Shown: positions 1 to 11,367 of the stretch, piece by piece
Layout: each line of letters starts with the position of its first letter
How positions within the stretch are numbered: the first letter of the stretch is position 1
Source: Podarcis liolepis
Lineage: Eukaryota
Length of the DNA: 64,000 nucleotides
Assembly: GCA_965112155.1 (NCBI GenBank)
Contig: OZ218106.1
Strand: one strand, 5' to 3'
Translations under genes and position numbers: made by a program
The notes under the pieces: model-generated
Seen by the model: the letters and a program-made list of their open reading frames with translations, nothing else
Told to the model about the DNA's origin: nothing
Databases searched by the model: none

Positions 1-470
1 GATATGTTCAAACACATCCACCAGATCTTGATTATTCACTGGCAATTAAAGCTATTAAGTCAGCAGACAGACAGCAGGTTATTTCATTGTGATTTGACAA
101 AGCCAGCCGTCTTGCTCTCCCCTTCTATATGACAGCACTATAATTAGCAGTAATCAAATATGATTTGGACTAGGTGTTGCACGCCTGCTTTCTTAGCCAG
201 AAAGGTATCCTGCCGGTTGCATAATCTGGAAACACACAATTCTCTGGACAGAAAAGTAGCACAATGAAAACACGAAGACTCAGGGGGAGGAGAAAGCTGA
301 AGTTTTTTCCCTTCCTCGCTGCGAGTTTACCAGGCAGGTTGCATCTTGCATGTTAGACGATTCAGAATTAACCATAAGTTTAATTTCGGTAAGTTATATT
401 TAAGGAAAAACAATTAAGTTAAATTACAAAAGTCTGATCAAATAATATTGTGAAATGCGCTAATAAGTAT
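1..470. promoter_or_regulatory. Candidate conserved non-coding (enhancer-like) block
   Basis: No recognisable repeat. Several TAAT/ATTA homeodomain cores, and TGACAG (130-135) followed by TAATTAGCAGTAATC. Conservation cannot be seen from one sequence. Confidence 0.25.
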
Positions 471-884
471 AATTATTCTCCACACAGATATTCTCCGCTT
501 GAGAAGCGCCTGTAACCTCCATTAACATTAATGGGAGCTCTGCTCGTGCATCAGGCGCAGACTAGAACCTAATAGGGCATTACAGCTTCAAAGTGCTGTA
601 CAAACATTAACTAATTACTACTCATAACCATATTGGATGGTAGGTGAGGAAGGATTAATAAAACTTGATTCCAGGTGGTATTGGAAATGTACTCTTCAAG
701 AAAACCAGGGGTTCACTGTGTTACCACTGCAGCCAGAGCAAGATGTACTTTACAGGGTGAAAGTGAAAAACATCAAGGCAAGTTGAATGAAAATAATGGT
801 GTTCCTGCCCTGGCTAAGTGGGACCTTTCATGTCCCAAAGCAGAGCTTTCTGTCATTCTGAATGTTTAAAGCTAAATCCAGCAG

Positions 885-1205
885 AGGCTCATAGCTTAGT
901 GGTAGACTATCTGCTTTGCATGCAGGACGTCTCAGTTTCAAATCCCAGCATCCCCAGGTATATGGTGGTGAAGGTGTTTTTTGGGGTTGTTAGTGGTTAA
1001 GTTACTCAAAGGTCTCTGAGCAACTTGGATTAAAAACATCAACACAGATTCATAATACCTTTTTTTTTGTTGTTGTTGTTGTTAAAAGGGCAGGGTTGGA
1101 AAAGACTCCAGTCTGAAATCCTGGACAGTTGCTACCAGTCAGTGTAGACAGTACTAAGTTAAATGGACCAGGGACCTGACTCAGTGTAAGACAGTATCCT
1201 GTTTC
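885..1205 (+). mobile_element. Squam3-like tRNA-derived SINE, interrupted by about 125 bp of unrelated sequence (961-1087)
   Basis: A-box TAGCTTAGTGG, B-box-like TTTCAAATCC, body GAAATCCTGGACAGTTGCTACCAGTCAGTGTAGAC...GACTCAGTGTAAGACAG. Homologous to the copies at 6289, 23750, 43067 and 44170. Confidence 0.75.
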
Positions 1206-3549
1206 AGCAGAAACTACACAGTCCAACTCAAACCCAATGTATTCTGAGAAATTAGCTCAAGATTTCTCCCCCCCCTCTCTCTGTGTGTGTGTGTGTTGAC
1301 CAGAACCGTATTCAAAAGTTAAGAGCATAACATTTTCAAATGAAAACTAGACATCAAGTAGTATTAGCAAGTAGTATTAGGAAATAGCAGATTCATAACC
1401 TTCTGGTGCTAGTGACAAAATAATTCATTGGCTTCCAGTCTGTTTCTATATGCAATTTGAAATGCAATTATCACCTTTAAAATCGTAAATGACTTGGGTA
1501 GAATACACTTGTGTATTTGGATGATTATAGTGTTGCTATTGTTCCTAACAATGTTTACTTGGAAACAATAATCAATATTTTTTAAGATCCCCATGGCATG
1601 TGAGTGCAATTTTTATTCCCTATTATTATGCATATATGTTAATGCCCCCAAACCTGTGTGTTAAATGTAATTTATACATAGTGGCGTTAACTTAATGCTA
1701 TTTGTCTGAAATATTCAGGATATATTATGTCCTCCTCCTGGCAAAGATTTCTTCAAGTTCAAGATGTCTTAACACATTAAAGAGTGGTAGAAAAGCATTT
1801 CAATTAGTTGGCAACCTGATCTTTTTAGAGACGTACCTTATTGTCTCATGCCCTGATTTTTTTTTCTTCCCCCTCCCCCCATCATCCTAATACTTTAGTC
1901 TTAGAGCAGGCAGGCAAACACATTTGTGAAAACAAAACAGCCTGAACTCAAATCAAGAGTGAAATTAAATGCTGGCAACCTTAACTGCCAAGGTCTACTA
2001 AGGTGGCAACCTCAGGGAAGGATTGTCATCATTTATGATGTTCAAGTAGCCAACATACTCCATTCTAAGCACTTGTTTACCACAGCAAGTTTCATGATCA
2101 AGATCAAAATACCTATTATAGCAGGGTCTGATCCCTTGGTGTGAGGGATGAATTCAGACAACAGTTCCCCCCACCCCCACCAAGAAGCATTGATTTTGGC
2201 AGTAGTGAAAATGAAGGTGGCACTAGATTGCCTACAGGGGTTCAGTGAATGGAGGGCTTTGTAGCAATCAAGCATGCAGGGAGGAAAGCCGCACTAATTC
2301 ACCTTGTCAAAAAGTAGGCAGCCTTTACAAACGTTGACCAAGTTTGTCCTAGATCTCCTTTTCCCATCACTTTTACAGAAATCCAACACAACTACTTACA
2401 TACCATCCAGAACAATAATCAAAATGTAAGCTGTTAAATGGACAAGAATACAGCAGAGTAACCTGTGAGCCATGTGATCTTTCTGTTTAAAAAAACAACA
2501 ACCTGATGAGAAACACACAGAATGCATCTAAGGGAAAATGTGTAGCTTTCAAGCTGTTACTTGCCCACTCTGCTTTTTGTAAATATTATGTCATAATGTG
2601 ACAAGCAAAGACTTCAGATCTGGGAGCAAGGGTCTTTTGATTGTGCTGCACTAATACCGTGGTATTTCAGTTGACCTGTAAGACATAACGATCAACTTAA
2701 AACAGTCCACTGGTAGTAGTAAAAATTCCTGTTCGTTTTCTAATGGAAATAATTCCTGTCCTTTTTCTAGTGATGATGGGAATTTATCTGTTTCAGGTTA
2801 GGATGTTTTGGAGGAGAGACAGCTAAAGCTAAAACAGTGGTTCTTTTAACATTCACAAACCAAAGCTAATTTGATTCATGGAAGACTTCTGCAACGTTGC
2901 AAAGGGTTTGTCTGAAGAGTTTCCTGCAGACTGAGAAGGCTACTATTGTGTTTTTTTGTCACCATAAAGGCTAAGCAGTAATTAGCACAAACATGCTTAA
3001 GTGATTCATCCCATCACTATTTCTGCATCCAGCCTAGTTGTGCATAATTTAATGCAAAACTACTCTTATTTCACCCTAAATGAATGGAAGAGCACGAAGA
3101 GTCAGCATTTCCATGCCTGCATGCTTCCCTGAACAAAACCACCTAACTTCCACCCATCCTCACAATATTGCATCAAGGAATTAGAACTGCTGGAAGCATT
3201 TGAACTGTAGAAGCTCATCTCAGCAAGTACTGTATGTAGAGTCTTTCCATCTTCCAGCACAAAGCCTTTCAAAATTAGCCTGAATGAGACTTCCAGTCCC
3301 CAACAAACAGAGCCCCCTAAGAAAGCTGAATTGGCTGCCATCACTCAGTTGTGGCAAAGGACCAGCTACATATTGGCACATGCCTTCTCTTCAGATGCCC
3401 AATGGAATGCCACCTGGGAAGCAAAAAAAGACCCTCTTGCAACAGTAGGAAATATGTCTACCCACTACTCTTACTTAATCCAAATAGGGGGGTTGCCTCT
3501 ATTATACTGTCTGTTTGGTCCAGGCATTATGAAAAAAGTGAGCTAAGAG

Positions 3550-3723
3550 CATAGGAGCCAACTCCTAGGGGCTGAGGGGGCTGCCCCCAAACCTGATATT
3601 TGAGGGGGCTGCCCCCAAAGCTGATAAGCATTGCCATTCAGATGGTGTGCATGCATCATATGATCAATTATAAGTTTTGCAGCTTACCCCCCCCCCCATA
3701 TTTTATTCAAGTTGGCACCCCTG
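3550..3723. mobile_element. Non-autonomous hAT-type MITE
   Basis: Imperfect TIRs CATAGGAGCCAAC / GTTGGCACCCCTG. 8-bp TSD GCTAAGAG (3542-3549) / GCTGAGAG (3724-3731). Confidence 0.7.
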
Positions 3724-4388
3724 GCTGAGAGGAAATAGAGACTAACACCTACTCTTGGCTCTAGCTATGTCTGCTCGTGCACCTTCGAAATCTTGTCCCT
3801 GGCACATTTCTCTGAATAGTGCTAAATTAATGCAATATGCAACTTTTATCACCCCCTCATTCCTATTCTTTCCAAGGATGCTATGGAGATGAATTGAGAA
3901 AAGTACAAGGCAACAGAAAGCAAAAAATGTATTCGTGTGCGATTCTTAGCATATCCCATCAGGAAAAATGCCTAGGTGTTAGTAGCTGAGAGCTGAAATT
4001 GGGAGATGAACTTGGAGATCTCAGGCTGCATTAAAGAAGAGGGTGGATCTAAAATATTGTTTATAATTTGCAATATTTACAAATGATCACGTTTTAAAAT
4101 ACTGGTAGATACTCTCATAATTGAGCCCAGTACTGCCTAGCTCATATCAAAAAATATACTTCTGAATGAAAAGCCAGGGTAATTTCCTCTATCATAGATT
4201 ATGCTATGGAGCCATAAAATTGCATAGAAATTGTATCAGGGTATTTTTATTTGTGTGTTTTTTTAGTTAATGAAACTCTTAAACTACATACAAACAGAAA
4301 AAGCTCTGAGAGAGCACAATACTGACTCCAGAATACTACAAAAGCAAATATGCCCTCTTTCCAGGATCTGAAGTAGGGTGTTGTGGGA

Positions 4389-4406
4389 GTGCGCATGCGC
4401 GCGCGC

Positions 4407-4441
<35 letters not shown>
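4389..4441. repeat. (CG)n/(CA)n compound microsatellite
   Basis: Unbroken purine-pyrimidine alternation GTGCGCATGCGCGCGCGCACACGCACACA... Confidence 0.95.
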
Positions 4442-4444
<3 letters not shown>

Positions 4445-5215
4445 TTTCATATCCATAGTGTTGCAAACACACTGCTCCACAAGCAACTTCTCAGCTTATT
4501 TCAAGAACTGGAGATGCATGCAGAGCAGTGTTTTAAAAAATGAAACTCCTGCAAATGTTGAACAAAGCTGTTCAGAATAGAACTGTTCTTCAGTTAAAGA
4601 GTTGAATATGAGTTGATTTATAGAACAAAAATGGTTTTAAAAGTGTAATTGACCCTCAGGGTTTTTCAAGGAAAAGCAGTTTGAGAACTGCTGCCACAGA
4701 GCAACATGTCATCCTATCTGTGATTTGGCTTGTTCCATTTTGACCACTGGCACTGTTATGATTCAGACTTCTTATTTTGAGTTTTGAGGGAGTAAAGTAT
4801 CAGGTTCTCAGGTGTTTTCTAACAATCAGGATCAATCTGTTGGAATACATCTGTACCAAGCTTCCACTTTCCATCTACTGTGGAAGTACCTTAACAGTTT
4901 TGATATCAGTGTGTCAACTGGGAACTAAGCAGAGATAAAACAGAGATACAAATACAAATATTAACATCAAATTCCTTGGTGATTATGAAGGAGACGGAAA
5001 TAAACCAGTAATGCTAAAATGCTGCTATAGAAACAAAAGTATTCAAATTCCAAGAGGAAATTCATAGAACACCCTGGAGATGTGAAAGATGGATACTGCC
5101 GAAAGATGTTTTGCTCTTCCTTGAAATGAGAGAATATTGCAAAGGTGGGGCTTCCACTAGCTAGAAAACACGGGGCTTGGTTCCAGTACATTATTTAACT
5201 GTAACACAAATTCTT

Positions 5216-5631
5216 AGGGCCAGCCCAAGATATTTTGGCATCTGAGGTGAACCACAAAATGGTGTGTGTGTCCCTGCACTCCCCACCAGGGAAGAAGGGG
5301 TGAGTGAAGAGCCAAATCAACCTTACTCAGCAGCTGAAGTGGGAGTCAAAGGCTGCTGGGGGGGGGGGAAGGAGCCTGTTCTAAATCATGCTGGGCAGGT
5401 GCAGAACCCAGGACACCTGAGGGGGCAGCACCTGCCATTTCCTACCTAATGGTCAGAGAGCAGCATTATGCCTTCTATTCACCAAGAGGCCGTTGTAGAT
5501 GTGGCATGGCAGAGGGAGGGGGGCTGTTGAGGAGATGGCAGATGCGTCCAACAATGCTGGAAATATTGCCCATTTGAATCCTGCTGCCTGAGGCAGTCAC
5601 CTTGCCTTGCCTCATGGGAGTGCCTGCCCCA
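5216..5631. mobile_element. Degraded GC-rich DNA-transposon-derived repeat
   Basis: GC-rich block starting AGGGCCAGCCC and ending GCCTGCCCC, with an internal TGCTGCCTGAGGC motif typical of squamate hAT-like MITEs. No clean TSD. Confidence 0.4.
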
Positions 5632-6288
5632 TGAAAATTAGAGGTAATTTTGCTCTGAAAATGTGCTTAGGGAATGGGGAGGTGAGAAAGGAGAAGGGAA
5701 AGTGTAGTAAGAAATAGGATTTCTATTCCGGGGAAATCATGCACTTACGAACAGCTTTCCTTCCCCCACCACCTTAGTTAACTTAGCCAGCATAGTGCCA
5801 TTAAGGCCAGTTAGCAGATCTTTAGCAGTCACCACACCTGCTTATTACAGCACACTGAATGTGAGTGAGTCAGAGCTGGAAAACTTACAGCTCAAAGGGT
5901 AGGAGGTGGAGCAGTGTGTGAAATACGTCTGGCAAAGTAATGTGATCAGCCTGAGCAATGCCGCCTGCATCAAGACATTGCTAGTATCTTTTTGTCACTA
6001 ATATCAGCTAAAAACAATAAACCAAAGGACAAACAATGGCTTCTCCACCTCCCCAGGTCCTCTTCCACAAATTATAGCAATTGATTTAGTCAAAGCAGGG
6101 GTAGAAAGTTGGGATAGATTACTTTCAATACAGCTTGGCAAAATTGTACTCACCCACTCAATAAGTATATTCCACCACTAGCACAACTGCCACCCATGGA
6201 TGATCAGAGCTGTATCTCAACCACCCCCACAACCCACACCAATTGCAATGATTCGGATGCTTTTGTTAAAATGAGCAGGGCAATATGA

Positions 6289-6458
6289 GAACATAGGAAG
6301 GTGCCTTATAATGAGTCAGGCAATTGGTCCATCTAGCTTAATGCCGACTACAGTGAATAACAGTATCACTTCAGGGTTTCCCAGCCCTACCTGGAGATGT
6401 CAGGATTGAACCCATTACCTTCTATGTGCAAAGCATGTTCTCAACCACTCAGCTTCCC
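6289..6458 (-). mobile_element. Squam3-like SINE
   Basis: Reverse complement of the 44170 copy: GAACATAGGAAG...GAGTCAGG...GGTCCATCTAGCT...CCCTACCTGGAGATG...GGATTGAACC. Confidence 0.75.
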
Positions 6459-7330
6459 CTAATTTAGTGCATGATATGTATGATACATTTGGCTACAAAT
6501 CACTTGTCCCTTGGACAAGTCACTTCCCAACCCTGCAAACAAAAGTATTAATTTATGCAACAACTTTGCAAAACAGGGAAGAATACACAATGCAATGATC
6601 CTCTAGTCATTTCTGAAAGAACACAAGTGAAGGAAGCCAAGCTTTTATGCCTATTTTCCACAACATGAATTAACATCACCATCTTTAGGCAAAGGAAGCC
6701 TCAAAGTAACTAGAAATGTGTCTGGGAGGACACACCTTCTTGATATATTGCATTAGCCTAGCAACAAGAGCACAAGAACAAAATAATTCTGGGTGTCCAT
6801 CAAGCTGTGTTGGTAAATATGTGTGTTACTAAGGCAAAGCTGCTCCATCACTTTTGCCTTCGGTTGTGACCTACAAAACGAAAGAAGGCAAGAAGAAGGC
6901 CTGACCATTTTTCTCAATACTAAGGCAAGAATTTCAGACAGCTCTCAACTGAAAGCAACACCATGTTCACTGCTGAATCTGTGGCAGAGTGGAGGGTCGT
7001 CTGCATATAGAATGGAGCTGCATTTCCTTGGTAGGCCTACGGTAGGAGGACTGCTGAAGAGGGAATGCAGTTTGCTTGGCTGACTTTCAGTTGTCCTTGA
7101 AACAAGCATTTAGGTGCTGATTAAGTACTTTCCTACCTGCCTGCTATAGCTTACCCCATCTTATTATTTTGTTTGCATAACAATCTTATCATGGGAGGAT
7201 TCTTGTATGCATGTTTTGTGGTTGGGAGCACTGTGTTAGGCAATGAAGATATGTCAGCCTACCATCAATTAAATGGCTTTTCCCAGAAGTAGTGATCCAG
7301 ACATGGATCTTACAGTCCAGGAATTCTCCA

Positions 7331-7637
7331 GAGAGGGCCTTTTTGGAGATAGTGGCCTGATTATGGAACGCCATCCCCAAGGAAGGTCACCTGGCACCCA
7401 CATTTAAAAACTTTCAGTACCAATAGAATACATTTTTATTTACGTTGGGGGGTTTTTTGCCCTTGGAATGGGTTTTAACTGTTTCTATGCTGGTTGTAGT
7501 GGTTTTAAACCAGTCAAATGGTTTTTAACACTTTGATTCTTTTAAATTAATGGTTTAATTGTATATTGACCTCTACAGGAACTGTCCAGAGAACTGTGGT
7601 GATTGGGTGGTCAGCAAATGTTCTACATTTAAAAAAT
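7331..7637 (+). mobile_element. L2-type LINE 3' fragment
   Basis: AGGGCCTTTT...GGCC...TATGGAACGCCATCCCC (degenerate RAFSVVAPxLWNxLP ORF2 C-terminus), then a T-rich 3' UTR. Same motif as 55325-55470. Confidence 0.55.
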
Positions 7638-8079
7638 AGTTTGGGTTGTGATTGTTGTTTTTGGTCTTTCCCAAATATGGTTATAGCCCAACCAACTTGT
7701 GTCTGCCTTGTGCCCTCTCTTCAGCTGCCTTTTCCTACACAAACGTCTTTTTTGTTTTTACAGGGGCCAATCAGCTTTAACTGACCAGCACCTGGATCGT
7801 AAAATGTCTCTGAAGGAGTGTGGGGGGACGACTGAGGAGAAAAGGCAAAACAAGATGAAGTCAGAAAGCAACCCAAAACCAGAGGGACTTTTTGTTGGGA
7901 GACTGGTGGGGGAAGGGAAGAGACCATTCAAAACAGTGGTGTCTCCATGGCAATATCCTCAGGAGCTAAAGAATGCACACTAGGCCAAAGCCTCTCTTTG
8001 GCACAGAATCCACAAAGTGCATCTCCCAATAAACAGTACAAAGAAGAGGAGGGGAGAAGGCGAGCCCAGAGAGCTGCTG

Positions 8080-8302
8080 AAAAGAGGCTGAGCTGGAGAC
8101 CCGGGAGCTGAGTCAGCCACAGACAGCAGGCTCTGAGCTCTTTAGCTGAGTAAATGAGAGGCTGCGGGAGGGTTCTCCCTGGGCCCTGGCGTGATTGATT
8201 CCGCTAATGACAGGGCTTTGTGACTTTTCACTAGCTAGTAATAGCTGCCTGAATGGGCAGAGGAAGGAGCTTGCTGCGCAAATAAATGAGTAATGATCTG
8301 CA
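8080..8302. promoter_or_regulatory. Candidate enhancer with AP-1, Pbx/Hox and Meis sites
   Basis: TGAGTCA 8109-8115, TGATTGAT 8192-8199, TGACAG 8208-8213, forkhead-like AAATAAAT near 8280. Unique sequence with several CpGs. Confidence 0.45.
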
Positions 8303-8305
8303 AAG

Positions 8306-8336
8306 CCCTCTCCCCTCCCCCTCCCCCTCCCCCTCC
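8306..8336. repeat. (CTCCCC)n polypyrimidine repeat
   Basis: CCCTCTCCCCTCCCCCTCCCCCTCCCCCTCC read directly. Confidence 0.9.
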
Positions 8337-8402
8337 TTGATGCAGGACAATGTCAGCTCTGGTCTCCCTCTTTTTACACATCCATGTCATCATGATGAGT
8401 GG

Positions 8403-8462
8403 GAAGAAGAAGAAGAAGAAGAAGAAGAAGAAGAAGAAGAAGAAGAAGAAGAAGAAGAAGAA
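8403..8462. repeat. (GAA)20 perfect trinucleotide microsatellite
   Basis: 60 bp of uninterrupted GAA. It explains the poly-E and poly-L pseudo-ORFs. Confidence 0.98.
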
Positions 8463-9177
8463 AAAGCTGCGTGTTTAAAGACAGCCCTTTCCTGCAGGAA
8501 TAAACCTGCTCCCTCTGGTATCCATTAACCTGCTCAGTGCAAGAGAAGCACAACTGATAGAGGCCCCAAGTTGGCATTCGGTGACCCTTTCCAGGCATGG
8601 AGAATTTTGCCAAGCTTGGCAACCAATAAGTGGTCAAAAGTCTTTAGGTTTCTTGACTTTTTCTGCAGTCCAGAGTTGGGCGGATTGTTTTCATGGTCCT
8701 TCTAACTGTGTTGCCTCCACTTTTTATTTTATGTATATGCTTTGTGTCCTTAAAAGATTTGTGTGCTTTCCTGCTTACAAAGCACACAATATGCTCTTCC
8801 ATAAATTAATAACAATAAGCAAACAAACAAACCTCCATATTTCTTGCTAGATGTGCTTTTGGAAGTTGATCTGTAATAGTAAAGTTCTCCACATATACCG
8901 TTAGTGGCTGCAACTAACTGCCAGCTTCCCTAAACAGTGGATCTTATACCAGCACCTGTTAGCATAAACAGAAAATAAATGGCACTGCTGCCATGTGCTG
9001 CTGATGTGCTAAAGCTGCATATGATTGGACCACCACATAGGGAGAGTTCAAATGCAATTCTCTTTCTCACTGGATCATCACCAGCACTGGTAATGGCTTT
9101 TTGGTGGCAACCAAAGATTGGTGTATATTTAAGGTCATTCAGTCCCACAGCTACTCTCTGAAAGAAGCCTCCATGGT

Positions 9178-9242
9178 TCCTATTTTAAAGGTGGGGACTG
9201 AGGCCAAAGGGAAATCTGACTTGCCATCAGTTACTCAGTGTA
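9178..9242 (-). mobile_element. MIR/CORE-SINE remnant
   Basis: CCTATTTTAAAGGTGGGGACTGAGGC...TGACTTGCC resembles the MIR core CCCATTTTACAGATGAGGAAACTGAGGC...TGACTTGCC. Confidence 0.5.
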
Positions 9243-9439
9243 TTTAAATTATTTGAATTTAATCAGAAAACCCTGTTAGTCCACAAATCTCTTCGGAATA
9301 TATCAAACTCTCACATTGCAAGGGTACACAGGTTATCAAATTCTGATGGGTATGAATTCAACTCTTTTCAGAGCAAAGCTTTGGAAATATTGTCTACAGA
9401 AGATAAGTATTAGTTGATAAAGATAGTAGGGCTGTAGAG

Positions 9440-9531
9440 CAGAAATGGGGGATCTGCAGCTCTCCAGACACTGCTGACCACAACTTCCATCATTCTTGAC
9501 CATTTGAAGGACCACAACTTGCTCATTCCTG
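9440..9531. mobile_element. Short hAT-type MITE of the CAGATGTTGxTGGACTACAACTCCCATC family
   Basis: CAG...CTG ends. TSD CTGTAGAG (9432-9439) / CTCTAGAG (9532-9539). Related copies near 13615, 27770, 31574, 33486, 34850, 43035, 58441 and 59376. Confidence 0.65.
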
Positions 9532-11367
9532 CTCTAGAGATTAGGTTGGTGATTGTTAAATACTAAATTTCTAAGATGTTATATGAAACTGAAAACTATT
9601 TAAATAAGAATGATGATAAAACATTTTTATACCGTCCTTTCTCAAAATTGTTTTCAGGGTAGGTTATAGTGTTTAAAAAGCATACAAATACACAAAACTA
9701 CAAAACTCAGAACCTGTAATGAAGCTAGTTTAACAACTTTTTGTTCCATCTGTTTCCAATGGCAAGCGCTAGAGAGAAATAATACCAAAAAACAACCTTA
9801 CAAATTTGTAAATTAGAAAGGGTCAATCCACCATGCCCAGCTGATTTCTATAAAGTGCCACCCCTAATAAAAACACTGAGTAATGACTGCCACTTGGTTC
9901 TTCTTGTTTACAAATATAAATAAATAAGGATTAGAACAGAAAAATAAATTATGGCAAATACTGTTATCTGGGTGATAGCTATTTGTGTTAGTCACTCAAA
10001 AATTCTTTGTAGACCACTGCTGCAGGACTTTGTAGCAAAAAGGGGGAGAGTAACTGAGGTTCCCCCCTTAAGTTATTCAAATTAAATATAGATTCCCAAG
10101 TGCATGCAACGTTTGTTTATTGGATAAACTTTATCCCAAGGGAATTAAAAGGGAAACTGCAATGTCTGCTAAATATAGGCTAGTAAACTGATGTTAATTA
10201 CCTCAGATTTGGAGTAATTGGCCTTATAGCCAGATATTGATCCCAAACTGTCAAGCTTGTTCATGAGCAGTATAGTATAGCAGAAAGAAAATTCTCATGA
10301 CATACAAGACCAAGATCCATGTGAATACCAAGCTTGTGCCCAGTGTCAATGCTATAAAAATCCTTAATAACAAGGTTGCTCCCAAGGGAAATGGTTGAAG
10401 TGAGACAGGAGATGAGAAGTCTTACTTTGTGATCCTATAGAGATCATACAGGCAAGGTAGCAAATTAGAAACTATAGTAGGAGTTGTGCAGCTTGCTGCT
10501 ACAAAAAAAAATAGGTCCAAATCCTACACACACACACACTTTTATGTACCACCATTCTATGCAGTCAAAGGCTTTTTCTAGAGCTACCAAAACTATGGTT
10601 GATGTTTCAAGACCTTGACCATGTGGATTAGATTACAGTGTCTGTTAGTCATCACCCAGGCATAAAACTGGAGTTACTGACTGAATATAACTGCAAATTG
10701 TAACAATCTGTTGCTAGGCTAATATGGAGAAGCCTCTGGGAGGTAGAAGAAATCAATGTACCTTTTTAGAGGGCAAACACCTGATTGGGTGTGGAAATCC
10801 CAAATTAAAAATGAATACTGGTGTGAAGTTGTCTCCACACCCCTTCAGTCTCAGGTCACTTTCAGTTAAAAAGAAATTATATCACTGAAATGACATTTAT
10901 ACTGAACCAAAAAGTATGTGGAAAGAACCAAGTCCACTCTCACATTTAACTCTCCTTCTTCCTGCATTGCTATGTGGGCTTCAAAGCCAAAACCCTACCG
11001 ATTTTTTCAAACTTAGATCTTATTCTATTCTCCAAGCTTGAATAACCTTAACATACCTAAGATTTTGCAGGTACCTAGCATCTTGATCATAATAAAGCTG
11101 CATGGGATACCGCAATGGTTCTGGAATCCTGCATAGGCTATGTGATGCATGATCCATGGCACTGGGACACTGGCAAGTACATATATGGGACAGGCAGAAC
11201 ATATCCACATCTTTAAAGCATCCATATACGCATTAAGTTACCTGGTATAATCAATAAAGCCTCATTTAGTTTACTGTGGTTTTCCTCTCACAGATCTAAA
11301 ACTCCCAGCACCCTTAAACTACAGTTCCCAGGATTATTTGGGGAACTCATGTGCTTCCCCCAAAACA

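Noticed and set aside
8286-8637. Poly-E and poly-L ORFs (also CVCVCV and GRKE ORFs elsewhere)
   Set aside because: These are translations of microsatellites.
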